Source: Macrostomum hystrix (Eukaryota; Animalia; Platyhelminthes). From it: 64,000 nt of DNA. The position numbers were made by a program, and so were the translations under genes. The DNA is taken from the NCBI GenBank assembly GCA_950097015.1, contig CATNEN010000003.1, forward strand, positions 7,068,001 to 7,132,000. Reading direction: 5' to 3'. Within the stretch, counting starts at the first letter, position 1. Every line of letters starts with the position of its first letter. This document shows, in pieces, positions 50,701 to 61,836 of the stretch. The notes beneath the pieces were generated by a model. It worked only from the letters and a program-made list of their open reading frames with translations, was not told the origin of the DNA and did no database searches.

Positions 50701-53700
50701 GCCGAACTGTTTAGCAGGCCTTACTAAATAAATTACGAAGAAGAAAAATTAGAAAAGAAATGCAGAATTATTTCTAACAGGAAAGCAACTAAGAAATAGA
50801 AACTGTACACGCAAATATTCAGGTAGGTAAGAACAGGAAGAAGTTAATAGAAGAGGCTTTCCGCCAAGTCTGCGAAAGACGAGAAACATTCATTCACTTC
50901 CTCCTATACTGCCTTCATTCATGAGGCTTCATCTGCCCAAACATAGCTTCCGCCCACTCAAAAGTTATCCCCTCCGAAACGCACAGATCCCAATTGATTG
51001 ATCTGTGCCGCCAGATCCCCAGCATCCACAGCCGTAATCGTAATAAAAATATTTTGCATTTGAACCAGGTTCGCTATAAGTTCTATAGTCATAGACTGCA
51101 CATGGATATGCTCGGTCCGTTCGATAGTTTTTAAAGAAAGTGCACGAATAGCTTATTTACAACGGGATGAATGTGGCTTTTTTCAGCTGCCTTTCTTCTT
51201 TAATGGATTTATACTAGAAATGAGCGAAGGTCGGAATTTTTCTTGATTTGCCGCCTCTGTTTTTCGTGCCATTCATTTTCTGTTGTTGTGCGCATTTCAT
51301 GACTAGCTTAGAAAAGCTAATATTTATAACAAATCAATATGTTTACAGACGCAAATGAATGCGCTGGCCAACGAGGCAAAGATTTCACCTGTTCGCCAGG
51401 CACTAAATGTATCAATACTGTTGGCGGCTATCGCTGCTTGTGCAATGGACCAGCCGAGAGTTGCAGCACTGGTGAGTTTTTTAATAAACAGTTCTTGCGC
51501 TCTACTTAAGAAACGTAGGCTTTCTGCTTTAATTAGGCTGAAACTTATCTAGAGGCTAAAAAGAAAATATTTCTAAAAATAGAAACATTACAACGAGTGT
51601 ACATAGGGCCCAGCTCGCCAGTGTACATATATCCTCAGAGGGGGGGTAGAAAATACGTAAGTATTTTTTCAAGTTCACTGACTCACTGGGGGTAAGGAAA
51701 ATTTAAATCCTTTATCTTGGTCTGATTTTAGATAGGGTGGTCTTTGTACAGCCTTGATGTACATACAGCGCGATCGATATTTATAGTATAATCATGCCTG
51801 TACAAATGCAAGGCTATTTTAAACAGGCTAACAATGAAAATAATGTAGAATTAAAAGCTGTAAAAACTATTAAAACCTTCAACTTCAAGATTGCACATAC
51901 AAAGCCAGTCCGCATCGACGTCTGAGAGTAATAAGCGGTACCTCAGTCAGAGACCTGATCGATCCTTGTCTCATCTGCTCGTGCCAAGTGAGTGATTTGT
52001 TTCTAATTCAACTTTTCTCAACCTACACTGAAGTCAACTAAAGTTTCTTACTACTCTACTGATAGTAGGCGCTAGTAAACATCAGCGAGAAAAAAATCCT
52101 CTTGCAGTCCGGTTATCTGAACTGCACCAAGATGCCCTGCAACTGCGCCACAATTTCTGGCAGCGTGGAGACAAAATGCTGCCCTCAGTGTCTAGCCGGC
52201 GATGCCAGAAATTTGTCCTGCTGGGATTCGGTGCAAAAGATAAGACACAAAACAGGCAGCAGATGGACCAGAGATTGCGAGAACTGCTACTGCCTGGTGA
52301 GCTTAGATCAACACTGCCACACTCTGGCAGTGACAGGAATACTTCCTGTCTAACAGGAATTCACCTGTCTAACAAGAATTCACCTGTCTAACAGGAATTC
52401 ACCTGTCTAACAAGAATTCACCTGTCTAACAGGAATTCACCTGTCTAACAGGAATTCACCTGTCTAACAGGAATTCACCTGTCTAACAGGAATTCACCTG
52501 TCTAACAGGAATTCACCTGTCAAACAGGAATTCACATGTCTAACAGGAATTCACATGTCTAACAGGAATTCACATGTCTAACAGGAATTCACATGTCTAA
52601 CACGAACAGGATGCTTAGTTGTCTAAAGTTACAACTATATATATAGCAGTATAAATATTTATCTAACAGGATAGCTAGATGTCTAACAGGATAGCTAGAT
52701 GTCTAACAGGATAGCTAGATGTCTAACAGGATAGCTTGATGTCTAACAGAATAGCTTGATATTTAACAGAATAGCTAGATGTAAAACAGGATAGCTTGAT
52801 ATCTAACAGGATAGCTAGATGTCTAACAGGATAGCTAGATGTCTAACAGAATAGCTAGATGTCTAACAGGATAGCTTGATATCTAACAGGATAGCTAGAT
52901 GTCTAACAGGATAGCTAGATGTCTAACAGAATAGCTAGATGTCTAACAGAATAGCTTGATATCTAACAGAATAGCTTGATATCTAACAGGATAGCTAGAT
53001 GTCTAACAGGATAGCTTGATGTCTAACAGAATAGCTAGATGTCTAACAGAATAGCTAGATGTCTAACAGAATAGCTTGATGTCTAACAGGATAGCTTGAT
53101 ATCTAACAGAATAGCTAGATGTCTAACAGAATAGCTAGATGTCTAACAGAATAGCTTGATGTCTAACAGAATAGCTAGATGTCTAACAGGATAGCTTGAT
53201 GTCTAACAGAATAGCTAGATGTCTAACAGAATAGCTAGATGTCTAACAGAATAGCTTGATGTCTAACAGGATAGCTTGATATCTAACAGAATAGCTAGAT
53301 GTCTAACAGGATAGCTTGATGTCTAACAGAATAGCTAGATGTCTAACAGAATAGCTAGATGTCTAACAGGATAGCTTGATATCTAACAGGAAGCTAGAAA
53401 TCTATCAATCTATGGCTAGAAATCTAATAGTGTATGGCTGGATGTCTAACAAGATAGCTAGATATCAAACACAGGCGTTCACAGGTGAAGATGCAATCGC
53501 ACTCACTATTCAATACTTGTTCTACTTCAATTAATTTTCAGAACGGTGAAATTCAATGCCACCCAATCAGCTGTCCGACAATATCCTGCCCACACCCTGT
53601 CATGCTACCCGGGGCATGCTGCCCAGTCTGTCAGCACGCTGATCCGTGCAGGTCGCCAGTGGCGTATCCAAGTTTCAACTCGCGTCGCCGGTCGTCATGG

Positions 53701-55033
53701 CAACCGCCAACGTTGCTAGGCGCCCGAACTGTGCGCGTTGCCTGCCTGCATGAGGGCCGGCGGATGGCAAACGGAGCTCGGTGGCGACTCGGCTCTCTAG
53801 ACTGCGTGGCGTGCGAGTGCCGGGTGAGTGACAGGCTAGTTGATTGAGTGACAGGCTGGTTGATTGAGTGACAGGCTAGTTGATTGAGTGACAGGCTGGT
53901 TGATTGGGTGACAGGCTGGTTGATTGAGTGACAGGCTGGATGATTGGGTGACAGGCTGGATGATTGAGTGACAGGCTGGTTGATTGAGTGACAGGCTGGT
54001 TGATTGAGTGACAGGCTGGTTGATTGAGTGACAGGCTGGATGATTGGGTGACAGGCTGGATGATTGGGTGACAGGCTGGATGATTGGGTGACAGGCTGGT
54101 TGATTGAGTGACAGGCTGGTTGATTGGGTGACAGGCTGGTTGATTGGGTGACAGGCTGTTTGATTGGGTGACAGGCTGTTTGATTGGGTGACAGGCTGGT
54201 TGATTGGGTGACAGGCTGGTTGATTGGGTGACAGGCTGGATGATTGGGTGACAGGCTGGATGATTGAGTGACAGGCTGGTTGATTGAGTGACAGGCTGGT
54301 TGATTGAGTGACAGGCTGGTTGATTGAGTGACAGGCTGGATGATTGGGTGACAGGCTGTTTGATTGGGTGACAGGCTGGTTGATTGAGTGACAGGCTGGT
54401 TGATTGGGTGACAGGCTGGTTGATTGAGTGACAGGCTGGTTGATTGAGTGACAGGCTGGTTGATTGGGTGACAGGCTGTTTGATTGGGTGACAGGCTGGT
54501 TGATTGAGTGACAGGCTGGTTGATTGGGTGACAGGCTGGTTGATTGAGTGACAGGCCTGGTTGATTGAGTGACAGGCTGGCTGATTGAGTGACAGGCTGG
54601 ATGTTGATTGACAGGCTGGTTGATAAAATATTTTAGGCACCAGTATTTGAAGGATGTACATCTCGTCAACTGTCTTGAACTCGACACTGTTACCCACCAC
54701 ACGCAGGACGGTCACATCTGCTGCTCCCACGACGACTCCTGCCCAAATCCAACAAAGCCGGCAATCGTTAGCACAGCTCCACAGCAGCACCAGTCCACGA
54801 ACACTGAGTCATTGCTGAGGACACAGCCAACCACAAATCCTATCTCAGAGACTACTCAACGGTCACAGGTAACAGGTGCAATAGCAACAGCAGCAGCAAC
54901 GGAAGACATTGATGAGCATGACGAAGTCTGGGATTCTAGCAACAATACAATATTATCTACGGTGGCACCAGTAAAACGGTCATCAATCACTGATGCCTCA
55001 ATAGCGAATATCACCGAGACAGTGGAGCCCTGA
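20723..55033 (+). CDS. NELL: NELL-family secreted protein (signal peptide, TSPN/LamG, coiled coil, VWC x2, EGF x6, VWC x3), ~976 aa, 18 exons
   Basis: Phase-consistent GT-AG exons: 20723-20819, 22247-22378, 24504-24657, 26154-26436, 27276-27348, 28871-28953, 31389-31520, 34431-34667, 39626-39740, 40333-40575, 40956-41081, 41174-41269, 42208-42348, 51349-51471, 51890-51987, 52108-52296, 53542-53823, 54707-55033 (sum 2931 nt). Motifs [37 protein letters not shown], cbEGF DIDEC and terminal DGHICCS match NELL1/2 architecture. Confidence 0.92.
20853..22180. repeat. Minisatellite, 23-nt unit CTCTAGATCTATCCCTGAATTCC (interrupted by hAT MITE)
   Basis: Tandem copies on both sides of 21256-21833; NELL intron 1. 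Confidence 0.95.
21256..21833. mobile_element. hAT (Buster/Charlie-type) MITE, 578 bp, with internal 16-nt minisatellite
   Basis: TIRs CAGGGGTAGGCAAACT / AGTTTGCCGACCCCTG (15/16). 8-bp TSD CTCTAGAT at 21248-21255 and 21834-21841. Subterminal GGGCC motifs. Confidence 0.9.
22460..23115. repeat. Minisatellite, 36-nt unit GAGGGGTAGAAAGTCAATAGAGAAGGGGTAGATTAT
   Basis: Tandem copies in NELL intron 2. Confidence 0.95.
23553..24200. repeat. Microsatellite (CTGT/CTCT)n
   Basis: Visible simple repeat. Confidence 0.95.
24670..25630. repeat. Minisatellite, ~25/31-nt units GGGAATCCACCCTGTCTTCAAGGCC
   Basis: Starts ~12 nt after the donor at 24658. Confidence 0.95.
25795..26100. repeat. Degenerate minisatellite, GGGAAATCCCATAGAT-type
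   Basis: Imperfect ~16-nt tandem units. Confidence 0.75.
26470..27240. repeat. Degenerate minisatellite, GGGAATCCCAGTGTCTTCTCT-type
   Basis: Imperfect units with internal block duplications; NELL intron 4. Confidence 0.85.
27809..28820. repeat. Minisatellite, 24/25-nt unit TGTAACATGTTAGACAAGTCAAAAC
   Basis: About 40 copies. Confidence 0.95.
29033..29885. repeat. 10-nt tandem repeat ATGGGATCAG
   Basis: About 85 copies. Confidence 0.95.
30420..31250. repeat. 10-nt tandem repeat ATGGGATCAG/AGAGGATCAG
   Basis: About 80 copies; sister of the 29033 array. Confidence 0.95.
32155..33529 (-). mobile_element. Non-LTR retrotransposon (APE-endonuclease type), 5'-truncated and lacking RT
   Basis: ORF 33515-32058 has APE motifs [30 protein letters not shown] followed by the usual PWWN linker, but no RT motifs. 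3' tail ATAAGTCAAGTAAGTCAA. 12-bp TSD AATACTACTGTC at 32143-32154 and 33530-33541. GC-rich island in NELL intron 7. Confidence 0.88.
33763..34115 (+). mobile_element. tRNA-derived SINE, copy 2
   Basis: Aligns end to end with 552-905; A-box TGGCAGAGCGG. Confidence 0.88.
34780..36192. repeat. Minisatellite, 16-nt unit CTGTCTTATCTCTCCC
   Basis: About 85 copies in NELL intron 8. Confidence 0.95.
36830..38240. repeat. Pentamer-based satellite (CATCC CATCT TATCT)n
   Basis: Visible tandem repeat. Confidence 0.95.
39163..39600. repeat. Minisatellite, 33-nt unit AATCTACCAGAATAATCTACTTCTCAATCTACA
   Basis: Ends just before the acceptor at 39625. Confidence 0.9.
39763..40305. repeat. Minisatellite, 19/23-nt unit ACAGGTGGGTCATACAGAC
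   Basis: Fills NELL intron 9. Confidence 0.95.
40610..40927. repeat. Minisatellite, 33-nt unit CTGTGATAATCTACTTCTCACCATCTCTATCAA
   Basis: Fills NELL intron 10. Confidence 0.95.
41297..42190. repeat. Minisatellite, 24-nt unit TTTCCTGTATCTAACAGGTGATCA
   Basis: Fills NELL intron 12. Confidence 0.95.
42425..42895. repeat. Minisatellite, ~17-nt unit CTAATCTACTGTCTCCC
   Basis: Tandem copies at the start of NELL intron 13. Confidence 0.9.
43345..47340. repeat. Compound minisatellite: 23-nt GTGTCTACTCTCTCTACTTTCCA, then 34-nt GTGTCTACTCTCCTGTGTCTACTCCCTCTTTATC (4 kb)
   Basis: Visible arrays; source of the 1200-1360 aa ORFs in all three frames. Confidence 0.95.
47820..49165. repeat. Minisatellite, 24-nt unit CTATGCTTCTCTATTCCTCTCTGT
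   Basis: About 55 copies. Confidence 0.95.
49740..50602. repeat. Minisatellite, 24-nt unit CCAATCTATGCCTCTCTCCCTGTT
   Basis: About 35 copies. Confidence 0.95.
52345..53400. repeat. Two adjacent minisatellites: 19-nt CTGTCTAACAGGAATTCAC and 20-nt GTCTAACAGGATAGCTAGAT
   Basis: 52345-52600 and 52660-53395 in NELL intron 16. Confidence 0.95.
53825..54622. repeat. Minisatellite, 20-nt unit TGAGTGACAGGCTGGTTGAT
   Basis: Begins inside the splice donor at 53824. Confidence 0.95.
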
Positions 55034-56029
55034 GAACAAGTCGAAAACTTCATCGTCATCGGTTGTTTAGTTTGAATTGAAAATCGGCGCCATTTTACTT
55101 GTAACTTACAAAAACTATAGTCGGTTTTTTAAATGCGTGAAATTCTACTACAAAGCATTTGGAGGTTTGACACTTGACGAAATGTTTAGGGAGATAAGAT
55201 TGAGTTTTAGGTAGGTGAGAATAAGGTTAAGGGAGATTAGATAAAGGTTCGAAGATATAGAGGGTAGAGGGTTCGCCTGTCTCTAAGCTTCTAATCAATG
55301 TGAAGAAAAACTTCAATCCATAGCCTAATAAGTATAACCGTGTGCATATGTAACACGCGGTGTATGGCGGTGTGAAATTGCGATTACGTAATCAGCGATG
55401 TACAGTAAGTGAACGATGTTAAACGAACGAACAGTAAATACGATAGAATGATTCAGCAAATTATTAGAAATATTTCTACAATGTTACCATTCAAAAACTG
55501 CCTCAAAGGCCAGGAATAAAAACCATTACACATATATTAGGACTGAGTTTGTTAATATGCAAATTGAAGCCAAGGCAAATTCAAAATTATTTCACGTGAC
55601 ACTTACGGACATGACTTTTGATACAGTCTAACTAAATTTCATATATTCGTTAATTAAGCTTTTTAATTGAATTTGAGATATTATTTTGCTTAAATATTAT
55701 TGGCACTCTGTTTAAATACAGCCGTCGTCAAAACTAGTATAAGTTTTAATTGACAAAGAACGCGTTATTAGTCACCTTTTTTATCTATGAACTACGATTC
55801 ACTATCAGAATGCTAGTGTTTTTCGTCTCGTCAATTTTTGCTTTGCTTTGCTCTCCATAAAATATTTTATCAAATATGTTCGATCTAAATTGATTATGTG
55901 CTTCAGTCACTAATTATCGACTTTGCTGGTGCGATATTGTCTATTAGTACGTTTACCAAGCATATTATAAACTATTTTTAGACATTTATTACGATTTTAT
56001 CATTTATTTAACCCTTCTTAACAACCTGT

Positions 56030-56482
56030 TTAGAATGGCACCTGTTAGACACAGAATGACACCTGTTAGACACAGAATGACGCCTCTTAGACACAGAATG
56101 ACACCTGTTAGACACAGAATGACACTGAATGTTTGACACAGTTAGACACACAGTTAGACCTCTTAGACACAGAATGGCACCTGTTAGACACAGAATGACG
56201 CCTCTTAGACACAGAATGACACCTGTTAGACACAGAATGACGCCTCTTAGACACAGAATGACACCTGTTAGACACAGAATGACACCTTTTAGCCACAGAA
56301 TGACACTGAATGTTTGACACAGTTAGACACACAGTTAGACCTGTTAGACACAGAATGACACCTTTTAGACACAGAATGACACCTCTTAGACACAGAATGA
56401 CACCGGTTAGACACAGAATGACGCCTGCTAGACAAATAATGACACCCTTTAGACACAAAATGACACTTCGACACAGAATGAC
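56030..56482. repeat. Minisatellite, 21-nt unit GTTAGACACAGAATGACACCT
   Basis: Tandem copies with an internal block duplication. Confidence 0.9.
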
Positions 56483-57468
56483 TATTCTTAGAATTCATTT
56501 ATTGTTTGCTATTTTCGATTACTCTTTTTAAACTCAAGAAAGAAGTTTACTGAAAATTATATTGGGTCGCATTAAAAACGTTTAAACTTAAAACTTGACA
56601 GATTTAAAAATAAATCCTTTAATAAGAAAGTGTTTTTCAACTCTATCAGTAAATCAATTACGAGTAAAAATTATTATCTCTACCTCAAATCATTTTCATT
56701 GTACACCATCGCTATGAAGTAAGTGCCGCATTCTGACCATTTAACAATCGTTGGCTTATTTTTATCGTCTCTGCTAATTTTTCTGTCGCGTGTAACACTT
56801 TTTTTACAGTATATCTTGAATCTTGCTACATTGACATTTAAGAGATAATTTTAACAAACAACAAAGCTAAGCAACAAACGGTTTAATATTGACATGTAAT
56901 TAAATTTTGTCGACAATATGTTCTAAATAAACATGTACAAAAACAAAGCAATAGCAATAAAGTTTTGTAATTTTGTACAATTTCCTTTGTTTTCTTGTCG
57001 TAAAAAGTTTATATTATTCTTGCTATGCTTTTTTATTAAGCTGAGGTTAAAAAACTGTTCTGTATATGAATCCTACCAATTTGTTAGTTAAAACTATACA
57101 TAGTTTTATCGCTGTACATCTGGCCCAACTGGGCTTAGTTCAACTTCTTAGCGAACATTAACTTCTCTTTCCTTTTCCTCGTCTCTGATTGGCTAGCTGC
57201 TCGTCTCTCTTTCCTCACCCCCTCCTTTTCAGCTTTTACCCGCCTGACCCGTCCTTACTCTTGTTAACCCTTCTGCCCTTCTGCCTTATAGATTAGTTTA
57301 TCCTTATCTAATTTTATTATTTTAACATTTAATGACCTCGGCCTAGACGCCTGGCGCTTTTCGAATTTATTTTATTCAGTGCCGTAAACACTGACTATTA
57401 CTGCAATTTATTGTAAGAAGTCACTACATGTGTCATTTGAATCTATCTCTATAGAAAAGTACCAAGTA

Positions 57469-57828
57469 TCACTGGGTTGACATACCAGTGGCAGTATCCG
57501 ACACAATGGACACTGCGTTATTCTCAGAACACGAACAGCAAGTTGCATAGCCGCCAGTACCCGAAGGTCGTCGGGCCCAACTAGTAGCAGCGGCGGCTGC
57601 GGCTGCGGCCGCTGCGGCAGCTGCGGCTGCATTAATCAGACCCTGATGATGGTGATGATGATGATCGTGATCGTGTCGATGATGGTGATGATGATGCTGA
57701 GGCGCAAAACTGAAGTTGGCGCAGTTGCAAACTCCACACCAGTGCCTGCTGGAACTGACCGTTGTTAATTTCTGTTGACATGACGATGGCAACTTTGAAG
57801 CCTGGGTCGGTGCCTCTTTGTAGGACAT
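57469..57828 (-). CDS. Putative 119-aa His/Ala/Cys-rich small protein (exon 2 of a 2-exon gene)
   Basis: Acceptor CAACTAG 3 nt upstream of the ATG; AATAAA (minus) at 57407-57412; candidate non-coding exon 1 at ~60814-60735 with a GTGAGA donor and a TATA box. Confidence 0.55.
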   Translation of the reverse strand: MSYKEAPTQASKLPSSCQQKLTTVSSSRHWCGVCNCANFSFAPQHHHHHHRHDHDHHHHHHQGLINAAAAAAAAAAAAAAATSWARRPSGTGGYATCCSCSENNAVSIVSDTATGMSTQ

Positions 57829-57949
57829 TGGCTAGTTGCAGTCAGGATTGGTAAAATGAGATTATATACGATTATACCAATGCGATTTAAATAGCATTCT
57901 AGCTCAGCATTGCCATGCTCAGCTGCGATTCCACTGCGTTTCGTAATAT

Positions 57950-60615
57950 TCCTGCTGCGATTCCATCGAATGCTACAAAAGCACTCTTGCTGCGATTCCA
58001 TCATATGCTACACAAGAACTCTTGCTGCGATTCCATCATGCTACACAAGCACACTTGCTGCGATTCCATCATAGCTACACAAGCACTCCTGCTGCGATTC
58101 CATCATCTGCTACACAATAACTCTTGCTGCGATTCCATCATAGCTACACAAGAACTCTTGCTGCGATTCCATCATAGCTACACAAGAACTCTTGCTGCGA
58201 TTCCATCATAGCTACACAAGCACTCTTGCTGCGATTCCATCATCTGCTACACAAGAACTCTTGCTGTGATTCCATCATAGCTACACAAGCACTCTTGCTG
58301 CGATTCCATCATCTGCTACACAAGAACTCTTGCTGTGATTCCATCATAGCTACACAAGCACTCTTGCTGCGATTCCATCATGGCTACATAAGAACTCTTG
58401 CTGCGATTCCATCAAATGCTACACAAGCACTCCTGCTGCGATTCCATCATATGCTACACAAGAACTCTTGCTGCGATTCCATCATGCTACACAAGCACTC
58501 TTGCTGTGATTCCATCATAGCTACACAAGCACTCTTGCTGCGATTCCATCATCTGCTACACAAGAACTCTTGCTGCGATTCCATCATGCTACACAAGCAC
58601 TCTTGCTGTGATTCCATCATAGCTACACAAGCACTCTTGCTGCGATTCCATCATCTGCTACACAAGAACTCTTGCTGTGATTCCATCATAGCTACACAAG
58701 CACTCTTGCTGCGATTCCATCATGGCTACATAAGAACTCTTGCTGCGATTCCATCAAATGCTACACAAGCACTCCTGCTGCGATTCCATCAAATGCTACA
58801 CAAGCACTCTTGCTGCGATTCCATCATATGCTACACAAGAACTCTTGCTGCGATTCCATCATGCTACACAAGCACTCTTGCTGTGATTCCATCATAGCTA
58901 CACAAGCACTCTTGCTGCGATTCCATCATCTGCTACACAAGAACTCTTGCTGCGATTCCATCATGCTACACAAGCACTCTTGCTGTGATTCCATCATAGC
59001 TACACAAGCACTCTTGCTGCGATTCCATCATCTGCTACACAAGAACTCTTGCTGTGATTCCATCATAGCTACACAAGCACTCTTGCTGCGATTCCATCAT
59101 GGCTACATAAGAACTCTTGCTGCGATTCCATCAAATGCTACACAAGCACTCCTGCTGCGATTCCATCAAATGCTACACAAGCACTCTTGCTGCGATTCCA
59201 TCATATGCTACACAAGAACTCTTGCTGCGATTCCATCATGCTACACAAGCACTCTTGCTGTGATTCCATCATAGCTACACAAGAACTCTTGCTGCGATTC
59301 CATCATATGCTACACAAGCACTCTTGCTGCGATTCCATCATATGCTACACAAGAACTCTTGCTGCGATTCCATCATGGCTACATAAGAACTCTTGCTGCG
59401 ATTCCATCAAATGCTACACAAGCACTCCTGCTGCGATTCCATCAAATGCTACACAAGCACTCTTGCTGCGATTCCATCATATGCTACACAAGAACTCTTG
59501 CTGCGATTCCATCATGCTACACAAGCACTCTTGCTGTGATTCCATCATAGCTACACAAGAACTCTTGCTGCGATTCCATCATATGCTACACAAGCACTCT
59601 TGCTGCGATTCCATCATAGCTACACAAGAACTCTTGCTGCGATTCCATCATCTGCTACACAAGAACTCTTGCTGCGATTCCATCATAGCTACATAAGAAC
59701 TCTTGCTGCGGTTCCATCATAGCTACACAAGCACTCTTGCTGCGATTCCATCATAGCTACGCAAGTACTCTTGCTGCGATTCCATCATAGCTACACAAGA
59801 ACTCTTGCTGCGATTCCATCATAGCTACGCAAGCACTTGCTGCGATTCCATCATAGCTACATAAGAACTCTTGCTGCGATTCCATCATCTGCTACACAAG
59901 AACTCTTGCTGCGATTCCATCATATGCTACACAAGAACTCTTGCTGCGATTCCATCATAGCTACACAAGAACTCTTGCTGCGATTCTATCATAGCTACAC
60001 GAGCACTCTTGTTGCGATTCCATCATCTGCTACACAAGAACTCTTGCTGTGATTCCATCATAGCTACACAAGCACTCTTGCTGCGATTCCATCAACTGCT
60101 ACACAAGAACTCTTGCTGCGATTCCATCATCTGCTACACAAGAACTCTTGCTGCGATTCCATCATAGCTACACAAGAACTCTTGCTGCGATTCCATCATA
60201 GCTACACAAGCACTCCTGCTGCGATTCCATCATAGCTACACAAGAACTCTTGCTGCGATTCCATCATAGCTACACAAGAACTCTTGCTGCGATTCCATCA
60301 TAGCTACACAAGAACTCTTGCTGCGATTCCATCATAGCTACACAAGAACTCTTGCTGCGATTCCATCATCAGCTACACAAGCACTCTTGCTGCGATTCCA
60401 TCATAGCTACACAAGCACTCTTGTTGCGATTCCATCATAGCTACGCAAGTACTCTTGCTGCGATTCCATCATCAGCTACACAAGAACTCTTGCTGCGATT
60501 CCATCATGCTACACAAGAACTCTTGCTGCGATTCCATCATAGCTACGCAAGTACTCTTGCTGCGATTCCATCATAGCTACACAAGAACTCTTGCTGCGAT
60601 TCCATCAAATTCTAC
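57950..60615. repeat. Minisatellite, ~32-37-nt unit CTACACAAGAACTCTTGCTGCGATTCCATCATAG (2.7 kb)
   Basis: Tandem copies with higher-order block duplications. Confidence 0.95.
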
Positions 60616-60834
60616 ACAATCATTCTGGCTGCTATTTTTTTAATGCTACTGCAGGGTGATACTAGTAAAAACAGAAGGCTCACTAAATTTCTAAATAAGT
60701 TAAGTGCATATTTTAATGATCAATGGTTTCTCACCACTTTTGAATTCCTGCTGACCAAATCGAGTGCTAGATACTCAGCTATCGAGTTTTGTTTTGTTCA
60801 GTGAAGGATAGCATGTAAAAGTCACTGGAGCTGC

Positions 60835-60843
60835 CTTTATATA
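60835..60843 (-). promoter_or_regulatory. TATA box (TATATAAAG) of the putative His-rich peptide gene
   Basis: Consensus TATAWAAR, a CA initiator-like site ~29 nt downstream (60814) and a donor at 60734. Confidence 0.45.
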
Positions 60844-61354
60844 CACCCTGTGAAGATTTCACCAGTTCTCATTTTCTAATATCTGTCAAGCAAGTCGGGT
60901 GGCAAAATTAATCGAGCAGCAATTTTTCTGGACTGATTGTTAATCATTGCGTTTTGAGCACAATATTGATTTTTTATCAACATAGCGACAGTCGACTACA
61001 GCTTTTCGCGAGAACCAATTTTTTTTAATGACGCCCTTAGTTAATTAACTTCCAGGCCTAATAAGCCGATTTATTAAAATTCTGACATAAATACGAGCAT
61101 TGCTAAGTCCGAAAATTTAAGAAGGCTGGAAAAATCTCGAAATACTTCTGTTTTATCAAGCATGACCGCGAGTCACGTGATTGAAATGACGCGGTAATTT
61201 CAAAATTTTATTTTATTGCACACATACTACTTGTAATAAGTAGGCTGACAAAGTACAATTCTTACACCGAAACTCTGAAAGATAATTTTTTACGTATTGC
61301 ATCTTAAACAGCTTTGGAGTTAGTCTTGGATTGAAGATACATGAGACTATAGTA

Positions 61355-61836
61355 GGATTGAAGGGTGAGATAGTAGAGTGATATGGAGATTGAAGGGTGA
61401 GATAGTAGAGTGATATGGAGATTGAAGGGTGAGATAGTAGAGTGCGATGGAGATTGAAGGGTGAGATAGTAGAGTGAGATGGAGATTGAATGGTGAGATA
61501 GTAGAGTGAGATGGAGATTGAATGGTGATATAGTAGAGTGAGATGGAGATTGAAGGGTGAGAGAGTAGAGTGAGATGGAGATTGAAGGGTGAGATAGTAG
61601 AGTGAGATGGAGATTGAATGGTGAGATAGTAGAGTGAGATGGAGATTGAATGGTGAGAGAGTAGAGTGAGATGGAGATTGATGGGTGAGAGAGTAGAGTG
61701 AGATGGAGATTGAAGGGTGAGATAGTAGAGTGAGATGGAGATTGAATGGTGAGATAGTAGAGTGAGATGGAGATTGAAGGGTGAGATAGTAGAGTGAGAT
61801 GGAGATTGAAGGGTGAGATAGTAGAGTGAGATGGAG
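61355..61836. repeat. Minisatellite, 32-nt unit GAGATTGAAGGGTGAGATAGTAGAGTGAGATG
   Basis: About 15 copies. Confidence 0.95.

Noticed and set aside
57915-60643. Cys/His-rich plus-strand ORFs (HKNSCCDSII)
   Set aside because: Minisatellite translation with frequent frameshifts and stops.
1950-61836. CRISPR-like repeats of 24-40 nt
   Set aside because: Units are head to tail with no unique spacers, there are no cas genes, and the context is eukaryotic.
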